64,000 nt of DNA from an uncultured Actinomycetes bacterium (GCA_963822725.1 CAWGIR010000004.1:35471-99470); one strand, 5' to 3'. Positions 42,657 to 52,521 are shown, counted from the first letter of the stretch. A program made the numbers and translations. Notes: a model not told the origin generated them from the sequence alone.

Positions 42657-45230
42657 ATGGCCGATGAGCTCTTTCTGATCGACGGCAACAGCCTCGCTTA
42701 CCGCGCGTTCTTCGCCCTGCCCGAATCGATCGCCACCTCGACCGGCGTGCCCACCAACGCGATCTTCGGCTTCGCCTCGATGCTGGTCAAGATCCTGACC
42801 GACTACGGGCCGAAGGCCACCGTCGTGGTGTGGGACAAGGGCGACACCGGCCGCAAGCAGGTTTACGCCCAGTACAAGGCCCAGCGGAGCTCACGCCCCG
42901 ACCTGCTGAAAGAACAGTGGCCGGCGCTCGAACCGCTCGTGGAGGCGTTCGGCTACCGGAATCTCGCGGTCGAGGGGTACGAGGCCGACGACGTGATCGC
43001 CTCGCTCGTCGAGCGGGCGCGGGGCGCGGACCCACCGGTCGAGGTGATGGTCGTGACCGGGGACCGCGACGCCTATCAGCTGGTCGACGACGGCGTGCGG
43101 ATCATGACCACCTCGCGGGGGATCACGGACACGCGCGTGTATGACCGCGACGGGGTGATCGAGCGATACGGGATTCCGCCCGAGCTCGTGCCCGACTTCA
43201 TCGGGCTGAAGGGCGACACCAGCGACAACATCCCGGGCGTTCCGGGCATCGGCGACAAGACGGCCGCCGAGCTGCTGCAGCGATTCGGGTCGCTCGAGGA
43301 GGTGCTGGACAGCGTGGAGGAGATCTCGGGCGCAAAGCGCAAGCAGAATCTGGTTGAGCACGCGGGGGATGCCCGGGTCTCGAAGCAGCTCGCGACGATC
43401 AAGCGCGACATCCCGATCGAGCTGGACATCGCCTCGTTCGTCTCGGCGGAGCCGGACCGCTCCCGGCTGCGCGAGGTCTTCCGCGAGTACGAGCTGCGCG
43501 AGCCGCTGCGCCGGCTGGAGGAAGCGCTTGGATCGGCCGACGCCGCCGCACCGGCCCCCGTCACAGAGCAGGCGCTGAGCGCATCGGTCCTCGAGGGGAC
43601 GCTCGCGGACATCGCGTCGCTGCCCTCGGGCGAGGTGTCCGTGGCCGTGCGGGCGCCCGAGAAGCCCGCCGAGGCGCTCTTCGCCGAGACCGAGGTGTGG
43701 CGCTTCGGCCTGCGCGCTTCCGAGCGGCTCGTCGCCGGGGAGTGCTCGCGTCCGGAGGAGCTGGTGGAGGCGATCGGCGAGCGGCCGGCGGTGGCGCACG
43801 ACGCCAAGTCGCTGGGGCAGGTTCCGGCGGTGCTGGCGCACGACACCGAGATCGGCGCGTACCTGCTCGAACCGGCGCGTCGTGCCTATCCGTTCAGGGA
43901 GCTGTGCGAGGAGCGCGGGTTCGCCGCGAACGTCTCCGACGGGGCGGCAGCCGATGCGCTGCTGGTCGACGCCCTCGCGGCGTGGCAGCGCGAGGAGATC
44001 CGCGGGAGAGGGCTCGAGGGCCTGCTGCATGAGGTCGAGTTGCCGCTCGTGCGCCTCCTGCGCGACATGGAGCTGGCCGGCTGCAAGCTCGACACGGACC
44101 GGCTGGCCGAGATCTCCTCGCGGGTGAAGGCCGAGGCGGACGAGCTGGAGCGTGAGATCTTCGAGCTCACCGGCGAGCAGTTCATCATCGGCTCGCCCAA
44201 GCAGCTCGAGGAGGTGCTGTTCGGGAAGCTCGGGTTGTCCCGCAAGCGGCGCGGGAAGACCGGCTACTCGACCGACGCCCGCGTGCTGCAGGCGATCCGC
44301 CACGAACATCCGGTGATCCCGAAGATCGAGCGCTGGCGCGAGCTGACGAAGCTCGCGCAGACGTATCTGGACGCGCTGCCGCAGCTGCTGGGTCCCGATG
44401 GCCGCCTCCACACGACCTTCAACCAGACCGCGGCCACCACCGGGCGGCTGTCCTCGAACAACCCCAACCTTCAGAACATCCCGATCAGAACGGAGCTAGG
44501 GCGAGAAATTCGGGCGTGTTTCGTCGCCGAGAGCGGAAACCTGTTGGTTTCCGCTGACTACTCGCAGGTCGAGCTCCGGCTGCTCGCGCACATCGCCGGC
44601 GAGGACGCGCTGAAGGAGATCTTCCGCCGCGGCGAGGATGTGCACACGGCAACGGCGTGCCGGGTGTTCGGGGTCTCGCCGCGGGAGATCGACCCGGGGA
44701 TGCGCTCGAAGTCGAAGATGATCAACTACGGGATCGTGTACGGGCTGTCGGCCTGGGGCATGGCCGACCGGCTCGACATCCCCCAGGAGGAGGCCGAGGA
44801 GTTCATCCAGCGCTACATGGCCGGGTTCCCGGCCGTGGCGCGCTTCATCGAGGAGACGATCGAGCAGGGCACCTCGGCGGGGTACGTCTCGACGCTGTTC
44901 GGCCGTCGCCGTCAGGTCCCCGAGCTGCGCGCCCGCCGCTGGGAGCTACGGCGCCAGGGAGAGCGCTTCGCGGTCAACATGGTGATCCAGGGGACCGCGG
45001 CGGACATCATGAAGATGGCCATGGTGCGGTGCGTCGGGGCTCTGCGGGACTCCGGGCTGCAATCGCGGCTGATCCTCCAGATTCACGATGAGCTGCTGTT
45101 CGAAGGGCCGGCTGACGAGGCCGAGGCGGTTCGGGAGGTCGCGTGCCGAGAGATGGCCGCCGCGTTCCAAATGGACCCGCCCCTGGTTGTGGAAGCCGGT
45201 ATCGGTGCCGATTGGCTGGCAACGAAGTGA
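42657..45230 (+). CDS. polA: DNA polymerase I
   Basis: LIDGNSLAYRAFFA, EADD, TGRLSS..PNLQNIP, DYSQVELR, QIHDEL. Confidence 0.97.
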   Translation: MADELFLIDGNSLAYRAFFALPESIATSTGVPTNAIFGFASMLVKILTDYGPKATVVVWDKGDTGRKQVYAQYKAQRSSRPDLLKEQWPALEPLVEAFGYRNLAVEGYEADDVIASLVERARGADPPVEVMVVTGDRDAYQLVDDGVRIMTTSRGITDTRVYDRDGVIERYGIPPELVPDFIGLKGDTSDNIPGVPGIGDKTAAELLQRFGSLEEVLDSVEEISGAKRKQNLVEHAGDARVSKQLATIKRDIPIELDIASFVSAEPDRSRLREVFREYELREPLRRLEEALGSADAAAPAPVTEQALSASVLEGTLADIASLPSGEVSVAVRAPEKPAEALFAETEVWRFGLRASERLVAGECSRPEELVEAIGERPAVAHDAKSLGQVPAVLAHDTEIGAYLLEPARRAYPFRELCEERGFAANVSDGAAADALLVDALAAWQREEIRGRGLEGLLHEVELPLVRLLRDMELAGCKLDTDRLAEISSRVKAEADELEREIFELTGEQFIIGSPKQLEEVLFGKLGLSRKRRGKTGYSTDARVLQAIRHEHPVIPKIERWRELTKLAQTYLDALPQLLGPDGRLHTTFNQTAATTGRLSSNNPNLQNIPIRTELGREIRACFVAESGNLLVSADYSQVELRLLAHIAGEDALKEIFRRGEDVHTATACRVFGVSPREIDPGMRSKSKMINYGIVYGLSAWGMADRLDIPQEEAEEFIQRYMAGFPAVARFIEETIEQGTSAGYVSTLFGRRRQVPELRARRWELRRQGERFAVNMVIQGTAADIMKMAMVRCVGALRDSGLQSRLILQIHDELLFEGPADEAEAVREVACREMAAAFQMDPPLVVEAGIGADWLATK

Positions 45231-45237
45231 CGTGGTG

Positions 45238-45268
45238 CACGTTTCTGCCCGTATAGGGCAGAAACGTG
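45238..45268. repeat. REP-like palindrome, copy 2 (between convergent genes)
   Basis: CACGTTTCTGCCC-GTATA-GGGCAGAAACGTG. Confidence 0.75.
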
Positions 45269-45281
45269 GCACGCGCAAGCG

Positions 45282-46397
45282 TCAGGCGGTGGCCAGGGCC
45301 GACGATCGGGCGCCCACGAACCGGGGGTGGGCGATCTCGAGATAGTGGCCGAACGACCAGTCGACGAAGCGCTGGCGCTCCATCGACTTCAACCCTCGCG
45401 TGAGGATGCGCGGCGGCACGCGCGGGATCAACCGTTGCACTCGCAGCATCCACTCGAACTTCCAGGCATGCGCGGCGCTGAACGCCCCGTAGCTCTGCAG
45501 GGCCTGCTCGCGCGACACATGGCCTTCGAGCACGGCGCGCAGCTCCCGGCCGACGGCGAGCCCGAAGTACAGCGCCGTGCGGATGCCCTCGGCGGTCAGC
45601 GGCAAACAGTGACCGGCCGAGTCGCCGGCGAAGAAGATCCCGTCCTCGGTCGCGTCGCGGATCTTGTGCGGGATCCAGTTGCCCTGGTAGCGGATCGCGT
45701 CCCGCCGCAGGTCCTCGGCCAGGCGCACGGTCGGCTGCTTGACGTGGAAGCGTGGGTCGAAGGAGCCGATGCCGACGCGTATCTCATTATCGGCCGGAAA
45801 GCTCCAGCCGTACCCTGCCGGCACGTACGAGCGGTCGATCCATACCTCGAGCTCGTCGCCCGAGCCGAACGGATGGACCTCGAGGCCACGTGACAGAAAC
45901 GCCTCCGGGGGCTGGATCGAATCACCGCCGCCGAGCACGCGCCGCCAGCCGAGGGCATCGACGATCAGGGGCGCTGTCAGCTCCCCGCGGTCGGTGTGGA
46001 CGGTGTGTCCGGTGCGGCCGTCGACCTTGGCCGTCTCGAACACAAACGAGCCCTGGTCGGCCAAGAGGCCACAGAGCGTGCGGTAATCGAACGTCGAGAA
46101 CGTCCACGGCAGCTCGAACCGCCTGGATGCGTGCGGGGTATGGATGACGAGCTGGGGGAACGTCTGCTGGAGCGAGTCATCGAGATCCAGCGCGTACAGC
46201 CACTCGGTCGGGATGCCGCACGCCGAGGTCTGGCGCTCGCCGATCTCGTAGCGGTCGATCACGAGCACGCTCGCTCCCGTGTCCGCGAGCTCGCGGGCGA
46301 CCGCAAGGCCCGCGAAGCTGGCCCCGCAGATCAGCACATCGCAGTCGCGATCGAGCGGCGTGCGCTCGTCGCCCCGCTTGGTCGCACGGGTTGGCAT
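45282..46397 (-). CDS. FAD-dependent oxidoreductase (geranylgeranyl reductase-like)
   Basis: DVLICGASFAG, SACG, GYGWSFP, AGDSAG...TAEGI. Confidence 0.82.
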   Translation of the reverse strand: MPTRATKRGDERTPLDRDCDVLICGASFAGLAVARELADTGASVLVIDRYEIGERQTSACGIPTEWLYALDLDDSLQQTFPQLVIHTPHASRRFELPWTFSTFDYRTLCGLLADQGSFVFETAKVDGRTGHTVHTDRGELTAPLIVDALGWRRVLGGGDSIQPPEAFLSRGLEVHPFGSGDELEVWIDRSYVPAGYGWSFPADNEIRVGIGSFDPRFHVKQPTVRLAEDLRRDAIRYQGNWIPHKIRDATEDGIFFAGDSAGHCLPLTAEGIRTALYFGLAVGRELRAVLEGHVSREQALQSYGAFSAAHAWKFEWMLRVQRLIPRVPPRILTRGLKSMERQRFVDWSFGHYLEIAHPRFVGARSSALATA

Positions 46398-46471
46398 CGC
46401 GTTACCGATGATACGGAGCGACGGTGGGCGGGCCTTATCACAACCTACCTGGCTATCCTCACTCGCAGTCA

Positions 46472-48019
46472 ATGGCGTCCACCAGCACTCTCACACCCCA
46501 ATCCGAACAGCCAAACGCCGAGGTCGTGGAAGGTTCCGACGGCCTGCTGCTCAGGATCGACGGCAAGATCGTCCCCAACTACGACGCGACGCTGCATCCC
46601 TTCCAGGAAGGGGACGTCGTATCAGGGACCGTCGTGCGCATCGACAACGACGAGGTTCTCGTCGACATCGGCTACAAGTCGGAAGGGGTCATACCGTCGT
46701 CCGAGCTGTCGATCCGCAAGTCGGTCGATCCGTCCGACGAGGTCCAGCTCGGCGAGCAGGTCGACGCGCTGGTTCTGACAAAGGAGGACCAGGACGGCCG
46801 CCTGATCCTCTCCAAGAAGCGCGCTCGCTTTGAGAAGGCATGGCGCCGGATCGAAGCGGCGGCTGAGTCCGGCGAGCCGGTCGAGGGCCAGGTGATCGAG
46901 GTCGTCAAGGGCGGTCTGATCATCGATCTCGGTGTGCGCGGGTTCCTGCCCGCTTCGCTCGTCGACATCCGGCGAGTGCCGAACCTCGACGAGTACATGG
47001 GCCAGAAGATCGAGTGCAAGGTGATCGAGCTCAACCGCTCGCGCAACAACGTCGTCCTCTCTCGCCGCGCGGTGCTCGAGGAGCAGCGCAAGGAGGACCG
47101 CGAGCGGATCCTCGACCGCCTCCAGCCCGGTCAGGTGGTTGAGGGCAAGATCTCGAACATCGTCGACTTCGGCGCGTTCGTCGACCTCGACGGGATCGAC
47201 GGCCTGATCCACATCTCAGAGCTTTCCTGGTCGCACGTCAACCATCCGAGCGAGATCCTGGCGATCGGCGACACCGTGTCGGTGAAGGTGCTCGACATCG
47301 ACCGCGACCGCCAGCGTATTTCTCTGGGGCTGAAGCAGACCCAGGAGGATCCGTGGCAGCGGGTGGTCGACACGTACAACGTCGGCGACGAGCTCGAGGG
47401 CGCCGTCACCAAGGTCGTCACCTTCGGCGCATTCGTCGAGATCCTCGACGGAGTCGAAGGCCTCGTCCACATCTCTGAGCTCGCCCAGCATCACGTCGAG
47501 AACCCGCGCGAGCTGATCCAGCCCGGCGACACCGTCCGGGTCAAGATTCTCGAGATCGACTCCGAGCGGCGACGGCTGTCGCTGTCGATCAAGCGGGTGG
47601 AGGGGCAGGTGCTTCCCGTCCACCGGCCCGAGGGCGCCGTCGCGGCTGATCTTGACGACATGCCGGAGCTTGGGCTCTCGGAGGACGTGTTTGCCTCCGA
47701 CGACACGTCGCCCTCGGAAGCAGAAACTGCGTCCGAGACCAATGAGGAGGCAGCGGCTCCGAACGCGACTGCTTCCGACGCCGACGTGTCCCCGGAGGCT
47801 GACGCGACGCCTGACGAGCCCGCTCCGGATGCCGAGCCGCAGGTTCCCGATGAGCGCGCGGCGGACGCGGAGCTACCTGCTGAGGCAGAGCAGGCCGCAG
47901 CGCCGGAGGCGACCCCCGAGGACGGGGCGGAAGCCGCACCTTCTCCCGAGGCCGACGCCGAAGCCGCGCCTTCAGACGAGGCGCCCGCTCCCGAGCCTGA
48001 GCAGGGCGACGAGCAGTAG
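46472..48019 (+). CDS. rpsA: 30S ribosomal protein S1 (4 S1 domains plus a long acidic tail)
   Basis: DIGYKSEG, GFLPASLV, DGLIHISELSW, EGLVHISEL. Confidence 0.96.
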   Translation: MASTSTLTPQSEQPNAEVVEGSDGLLLRIDGKIVPNYDATLHPFQEGDVVSGTVVRIDNDEVLVDIGYKSEGVIPSSELSIRKSVDPSDEVQLGEQVDALVLTKEDQDGRLILSKKRARFEKAWRRIEAAAESGEPVEGQVIEVVKGGLIIDLGVRGFLPASLVDIRRVPNLDEYMGQKIECKVIELNRSRNNVVLSRRAVLEEQRKEDRERILDRLQPGQVVEGKISNIVDFGAFVDLDGIDGLIHISELSWSHVNHPSEILAIGDTVSVKVLDIDRDRQRISLGLKQTQEDPWQRVVDTYNVGDELEGAVTKVVTFGAFVEILDGVEGLVHISELAQHHVENPRELIQPGDTVRVKILEIDSERRRLSLSIKRVEGQVLPVHRPEGAVAADLDDMPELGLSEDVFASDDTSPSEAETASETNEEAAAPNATASDADVSPEADATPDEPAPDAEPQVPDERAADAELPAEAEQAAAPEATPEDGAEAAPSPEADAEAAPSDEAPAPEPEQGDEQ

Positions 48020-48608
48020 CCCGATCCCGTTCGTCGGCCTGACCGGCGGCATTGGCGTTGGCAAGTCGACGGCGCTCGCTGCACTCGAGCGGCTCGGGGC
48101 CGCGACGCTGTCGACCGACCAGGTGGTGCACGACCTGTACGAGCGCCCGGAAGTGCTCGACGCGGTCGCCGAGCGGTTTGGTGCCGAGGTTGCTCCTGGG
48201 GGCGTGGTAGACCGGGGTGCCGTCGCCAAGCGGGCGTTTGCGAGTGCAGAAGGCCATGCGTGGCTCGAGGGCTTGCTTTGGCCCCGGGTAGGGGCGAAGA
48301 TGGTCGCCTGGCGAGAGGGACTGGAGCGACTATCGCCCCACCCGCGTGTTGCAGTGGTCGAGGTGCCGCTGCTGTTCGAGTCCGGGATGGAGGGCGCATT
48401 CGACGCGACGATCGCCGTCGTGGCGGACGAACAGGTCCGGGCGAGCCGGGCCGCCTCGAGGGATCATCGCTCGCTCGACGAGCGCTCCGCGCGTCAGCTC
48501 ACCCAGGAGGAAAAGGCAGCGCGGGCGACGTATGTCATCGCGAACAACGGTACGGTCGAAGAGCTCGAGCGCGGGCTGTCGGCCGTGCTTGACAAGCTTC
48601 AGCGATGA
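48009..48608 (+). CDS. coaE: Dephospho-CoA kinase (start uncertain)
   Basis: VGLTGGIGVGKST, EVPLLFE, A.YVI.NNG; canonical position after rpsA. Confidence 0.9.
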   Translation, partial: TSSSPIPFVGLTGGIGVGKSTALAALERLGAATLSTDQVVHDLYERPEVLDAVAERFGAEVAPGGVVDRGAVAKRAFASAEGHAWLEGLLWPRVGAKMVAWREGLERLSPHPRVAVVEVPLLFESGMEGAFDATIAVVADEQVRASRAASRDHRSLDERSARQLTQEEKAARATYVIANNGTVEELERGLSAVLDKLQR

Positions 48609-49243
48609 CTCCCCCGGCCGCCTCCGTAGCAACCCGCCGCAGCGCGTCCAGGCGCGCCGCTACGCGCCGGCGCAGGTCGCTGCTGGCGCTGGCCGGGATG
48701 GGCCTGGCGATCGTGGTGGTGATCCTGGCGCTACCGCTGTTCCAGAAGGCGATTCGGGAGCTGACCCTGCCGCTGTCGCACGAGGACATCATCCGTCAGC
48801 AGGCAGCCGAGAAGCATCTCGACCCGGCTCTGATCGCCGCCGTCATCTACGCCGAGTCGAAGTTCGATCCACGACAGTCGCGGGCCGGCGCCGAAGGGCT
48901 GATGCAGCTGCTCCCCCAGACCGCCGAGTTCCTCGCGCATCGTTCCGGCGCGACGACCTTCACGCCCACAGATTTATCGACCCCTCAGGTCAACATCAGC
49001 TACGGAAGCTATTACCTGCGATATCTGCTGGACCATTACGGCGGTGAGGAGATGCCGGCGCTGGCCGCATACAACGCGGGCATGACCAATGTCGACAACT
49101 GGGTCGCAGCGGCACGCGCCGCGGGCCATTCGCTGGGCCTGACCGACATTCCGTTCCCGGAGACGCGGGCCTACGTCGAGAAGGTGCTGCAGGCGCAGCA
49201 CGACTACCGGCACACGTACGCCAGGCAGCTCGGTTACGGGTAG
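48605..49243 (+). CDS. Membrane-anchored lytic transglycosylase (SLT)
   Basis: AVIYAESKF, GLMQL, AAYNAG, ETRAYV. Confidence 0.92.
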   Translation: MTPPAASVATRRSASRRAATRRRRSLLALAGMGLAIVVVILALPLFQKAIRELTLPLSHEDIIRQQAAEKHLDPALIAAVIYAESKFDPRQSRAGAEGLMQLLPQTAEFLAHRSGATTFTPTDLSTPQVNISYGSYYLRYLLDHYGGEEMPALAAYNAGMTNVDNWVAAARAAGHSLGLTDIPFPETRAYVEKVLQAQHDYRHTYARQLGYG

Positions 49244-49935
49244 CTATCGCCGGTCGCGCGCCGGTCGAGCCTCCCCATCCAGCCGGTCAGCAGCTGCACC
49301 GCCAGCAGCATCAAGAGTCCGAGCGCGGCGGCGGATGCGATGTACCACGGCCACGGCCCCATCACGCTGAGGAGGGAGTTGTGGACGGGCTTCGAGCTCA
49401 GGTACATGTAGTTGCCGCCCGTGATCAGGTCGGCGATGCCCGCGATTGCCGCCCAGGCGAGCGTCGCGGCGAACACACGGAGCGCCGCGCCAGGACGTGG
49501 GTACAGCCCGCAACCGAACACGAGCAGGCACCCGGCCACGATCGCGCCGACGTGGTAGGTGAAGTACGTGAAGTAGTAGACGCTGGGAAAGGTCCGGCCG
49601 AGATCGGGTGTGATCACAGCCTGAAGCGATGCCGTCAACGCCCAGAAGTAGGCGAGCTCCACGACCCTCGTGCGTCGGGTCAGCAACGCCAGGATCGCGC
49701 TCGCGGAAACGGCGTCGGTCAGTTGAAGCGGAAGCGTGTACTTCAGGCTCCAGGTCCCCGTCACCACGTCCGCGATGTACTCGCCGACCCAGCCGGCGAG
49801 GATCAGCAGGGCCAGCGCCCGCGCGTAGCGGACCGTCCATTCACCCGGTCGCTGTCGCGGCGCCCAAACGGACCAGACCACGGCGACCAGCAGGACGAGG
49901 AGCGCTGCCAGGTGAGGAGGGGAGAACTGCCGCAA
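49234..49935 (-). CDS. YwaF/TIGR02206 family membrane protein
   Basis: LPLQLTD, QAVITPD, NYMYL..KP..SLL..GPWPWY. Confidence 0.85.
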   Translation of the reverse strand: MRQFSPPHLAALLVLLVAVVWSVWAPRQRPGEWTVRYARALALLILAGWVGEYIADVVTGTWSLKYTLPLQLTDAVSASAILALLTRRTRVVELAYFWALTASLQAVITPDLGRTFPSVYYFTYFTYHVGAIVAGCLLVFGCGLYPRPGAALRVFAATLAWAAIAGIADLITGGNYMYLSSKPVHNSLLSVMGPWPWYIASAAALGLLMLLAVQLLTGWMGRLDRRATGDSYP

Positions 49936-49944
49936 TGGACGGCA

Positions 49945-51357
49945 TCAGTAGGCACGGCGGGGTCGCCTAGCATGCTCCACCTCCGCGATCACGCGCGCAA
50001 GCTCCCGGGCCTCCCCGTCTTCGAGCGTTGAGATCGTGATCCTGATCGCTGGTGCAGTGGCGAGCCGGAAGTGCTCCCCGGCGAACACCAGCCAGCCGGC
50101 ACCAAGCAGCGCCCGGACGACCGGAGCCTCCTCGCGCACCGGGACCCAGACATTCACCCCCGAACGGCCGTAGCCGCGAACATCGTGCTCGGCGAGCGCC
50201 GAGATCAGTGCCTTACGGCGCTCGTTGTATGCGTCCGCCGCCCTGGCGCAGGTCCCGCCGAAGCCGGGGTCATCGAGCATCTCCGCGGCGACCGCTTGCA
50301 ACAGATGGCTGACCCATCGCGGCCCGAGCGCCTGCCGCCCCTCGACGCGGGCGATCGTCGTCTGATCGCCACACAGAAGCCCCACCCGCAGATCCGGGTG
50401 CAGCGACTTCGACATCGAACGGACCACCGCCCACCGCGCCCGCTCGGGTTCGGTCAGGGTCGCGAACGGCGCTCCCGAGATCAGCCCGGCGTGATCGTCC
50501 TCGAAGATCAACATGTCGGGCGCCTGGGCGAGGATCGGCCGCAACTCCGCGACGCGCTCCTGATCGAGGGTGGCGCCGAGTGGGTTCTGGGCGCGGGGTA
50601 CGAGCACCAGTGCGTCCACTCCTCGCGCAACGGCGTTGGCGAGCTCGTCCGGGAGGATCCCGCGCTCATCGACTCGGGCCGGGACCGCGACCAGTCCGAG
50701 CGCCAGCAGGATGTCCCTGATCGGTGGATACGTGGGATCCTCGATCACGACCCGATCCCCCGGGCGGAGGTGAGCTTGAAGGACACGCTCGACCGCGTCG
50801 AGCGCGCCCGATGTGATTGCGATGGCGTCGGGCGCAAATCCGTCTCCCGCGAACATCTCCCGCGCCAGCTCGAGCAGCCTGGGGTCAGGTCCGTCGAGTC
50901 CCGCGATCTTCAGTCTCCGATCCAGATCGACCCGGTCCAGCGCCGGTCCGATCGGTGGCAGCAACGCCGGATCCGGAAGGCCGATCGTGAGGTCGCGCAG
51001 CCCGGGCCGATCCGGGACCGGGGGGCCGAAACCTGTGCGAACCGGGACTCGAAGCGGTGGTCGCGGCGCCACTCGGGTCCCGCGCCGGCCCTCGGCCACG
51101 ACGAGGCCGCGCTCGCGGAGGATCCGGTAGGCCGAGTTGACAGTCGCCGGGCTGACTCCGAGCGAGCCGGCCAGCGCACGGACCGTTGGGAGCGCGTCGC
51201 CCTGGTCGAGCCGGCCGTCCCTGATCCCCGCCTCGATGCTGACGGCGATCTCCCGTGCGGTCGAGCCCGTGATCGGGAGCCAGCCGCTGTTGCCGCCCGA
51301 GTCGCCCCCGTGGTTGCCGCCCGAGCTGGCCCTGTGATATTGTTCTAAGTCAAGCAT
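49945..51357 (-). CDS. GntR/MocR-type regulator with PLP aminotransferase domain
   Basis: LPTVRALA..LGVSPATV..AY wHTH, EDPTY, PRAQNP, EDDH, SMSK. Confidence 0.9.
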   Translation of the reverse strand: MLDLEQYHRASSGGNHGGDSGGNSGWLPITGSTAREIAVSIEAGIRDGRLDQGDALPTVRALAGSLGVSPATVNSAYRILRERGLVVAEGRRGTRVAPRPPLRVPVRTGFGPPVPDRPGLRDLTIGLPDPALLPPIGPALDRVDLDRRLKIAGLDGPDPRLLELAREMFAGDGFAPDAIAITSGALDAVERVLQAHLRPGDRVVIEDPTYPPIRDILLALGLVAVPARVDERGILPDELANAVARGVDALVLVPRAQNPLGATLDQERVAELRPILAQAPDMLIFEDDHAGLISGAPFATLTEPERARWAVVRSMSKSLHPDLRVGLLCGDQTTIARVEGRQALGPRWVSHLLQAVAAEMLDDPGFGGTCARAADAYNERRKALISALAEHDVRGYGRSGVNVWVPVREEAPVVRALLGAGWLVFAGEHFRLATAPAIRITISTLEDGEARELARVIAEVEHARRPRRAY

Positions 51358-51375
51358 GCGATTGTACTATAACAT
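51339..51375. promoter_or_regulatory. Tandem AT-rich operator-like sites at the divergent promoter
   Basis: ATTGTTCTAAGTCAA (51339) and ATTGTACTATAACAT (51361), 22 bp apart. Confidence 0.55.
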
Positions 51376-51377
51376 AA

Positions 51378-51860
51378 ATGCTTAGCTCCTGGGTCCACTG
51401 GCAGCTCGCCCAGCAGCGAACGGAGGAGCTGCGGCGCCTGGCCGCGGCGCACCGCTCGTTGCCAGGGCGCGGTCGCAGCCGTCTGTTACCGGGCCGGCGT
51501 CGGATCCGGCCGCGATCGGTGCCGGAGCTCCGCTCGAGTCCGGCCGGGCAGGCGGTGACGATCAGACATGCATTTCCGGATGACTCAATGGCGCTGGCGC
51601 GGCTTGCGGTGCTCGACAGCTCGGAGCCACCTGCACAGCCGATGCTGGTGGCGGAGGTGGACGGCGAGCTACGCGCGGCGCTGTCACTGCGCGACTGGAA
51701 CGTGGTCGCCGATCCGTTCCTCCCGACCGCGGCCCTGGTGGACCTGCTCCGGGCGAGGGCGGAGCAGCTGGTCTCCGACGCGGCGTTGCGCTCGGCTCCC
51801 GAGCCATGGCGCGCGCGCCTCGGCCTCGCCCGGCCGACGCGTTTCCGCGGAAACGCGTAG
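51378..51860 (+). CDS. Hypothetical protein
   Basis: 160 aa; TACTAT 7 nt upstream of ATG; TIR...LARLA.LDS...LVAEVDGELRAALSL...VADPF.PTA.LV.LL domain. Confidence 0.72.
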   Translation: MLSSWVHWQLAQQRTEELRRLAAAHRSLPGRGRSRLLPGRRRIRPRSVPELRSSPAGQAVTIRHAFPDDSMALARLAVLDSSEPPAQPMLVAEVDGELRAALSLRDWNVVADPFLPTAALVDLLRARAEQLVSDAALRSAPEPWRARLGLARPTRFRGNA

Positions 51861-51879
51861 CCGGCGCCGGCCGCGGCAC

Positions 51880-52455
51880 TCAGCCGGGCGGAGCCGGAGC
51901 GTAGGTGAGGATCGCCACGCCGTCACCGACGACCTTCGAGTCGAGCAGCCGCAACTTGTGCTTCTCCTTTGAGTCGCCGAACAGGCGCTTGCCCGCGCCG
52001 AGGGCCACCGGGAAGACCATCAGCCGCAGCTCGTCTACGAGATCGTCCTGGAGAAGGGTTTGCGCCAGCTGCACGCTGCCGTGGACCACGACATCGCCGT
52101 CCGCCTCCTGCTTGAGCTTGGATACCGTCTCGGCGAGGTCGTCCGGTTTGACGACGGTCGAGTTGGTCCATTGCGGCTGCTCGAGCGTCGAGGAAACGAC
52201 GTACTTCGGCAGCGCGTTGAAGATGTCGGCGAACTCGCCCTCGCGCGACGGCCACGCCTCGGCGAAGCCCTCGTACGTGACCCGCCCCAGCAGCATGGCG
52301 GCAGACGCGCGCGTCTCCTCGAACTTGAACCCGTCGCCCTCGGGCCCGCGGTCGAACTCAAACGCCCAGCCTCCGTGCTTGAAGTCCTCCGAGCCGCCGG
52401 GGTCCTCGACGACGCCGTCGAGGGAGATGAATTCGCTTACGACGATCCTGCCCAT
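51880..52455 (-). CDS. Dihydrofolate reductase family (RibD C-terminal) protein
   Basis: FISLDGV, LLGRVTY, KYVVSSTL, GSVQLA, LVDEL.L...PV.LG.GKRLF; AGGAAGGAG RBS. Confidence 0.92.
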   Translation of the reverse strand: MGRIVVSEFISLDGVVEDPGGSEDFKHGGWAFEFDRGPEGDGFKFEETRASAAMLLGRVTYEGFAEAWPSREGEFADIFNALPKYVVSSTLEQPQWTNSTVVKPDDLAETVSKLKQEADGDVVVHGSVQLAQTLLQDDLVDELRLMVFPVALGAGKRLFGDSKEKHKLRLLDSKVVGDGVAILTYAPAPPG

Positions 52456-52497
52456 GGGTTGCTCCTTCCTCGTGTCCGGTTGACTCGGTATTCTTAT

Positions 52498-52513
52498 CAA
52501 ACCGAGTGGTTTG
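52498..52513. promoter_or_regulatory. Palindromic operator, probable ArsR autoregulatory site
   Basis: CAAACC-GAGT-GGTTTG lies 8 bp upstream of the ArsR start, between divergent genes. Confidence 0.65.
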
Positions 52514-52521
52514 GTAGTCCC

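Noticed and set aside
43560-44000. Degenerate 3'-5' exonuclease domain of PolA
   Set aside because: Loss of proofreading residues is common in Gram-positive PolA and is not novel.
51290-51325. Direct repeat TTGCCGCCCGAG x2
   Set aside because: Encodes a Gly/Ser low-complexity linker (SGGNHGGDSGGN) in the regulator N-terminus.
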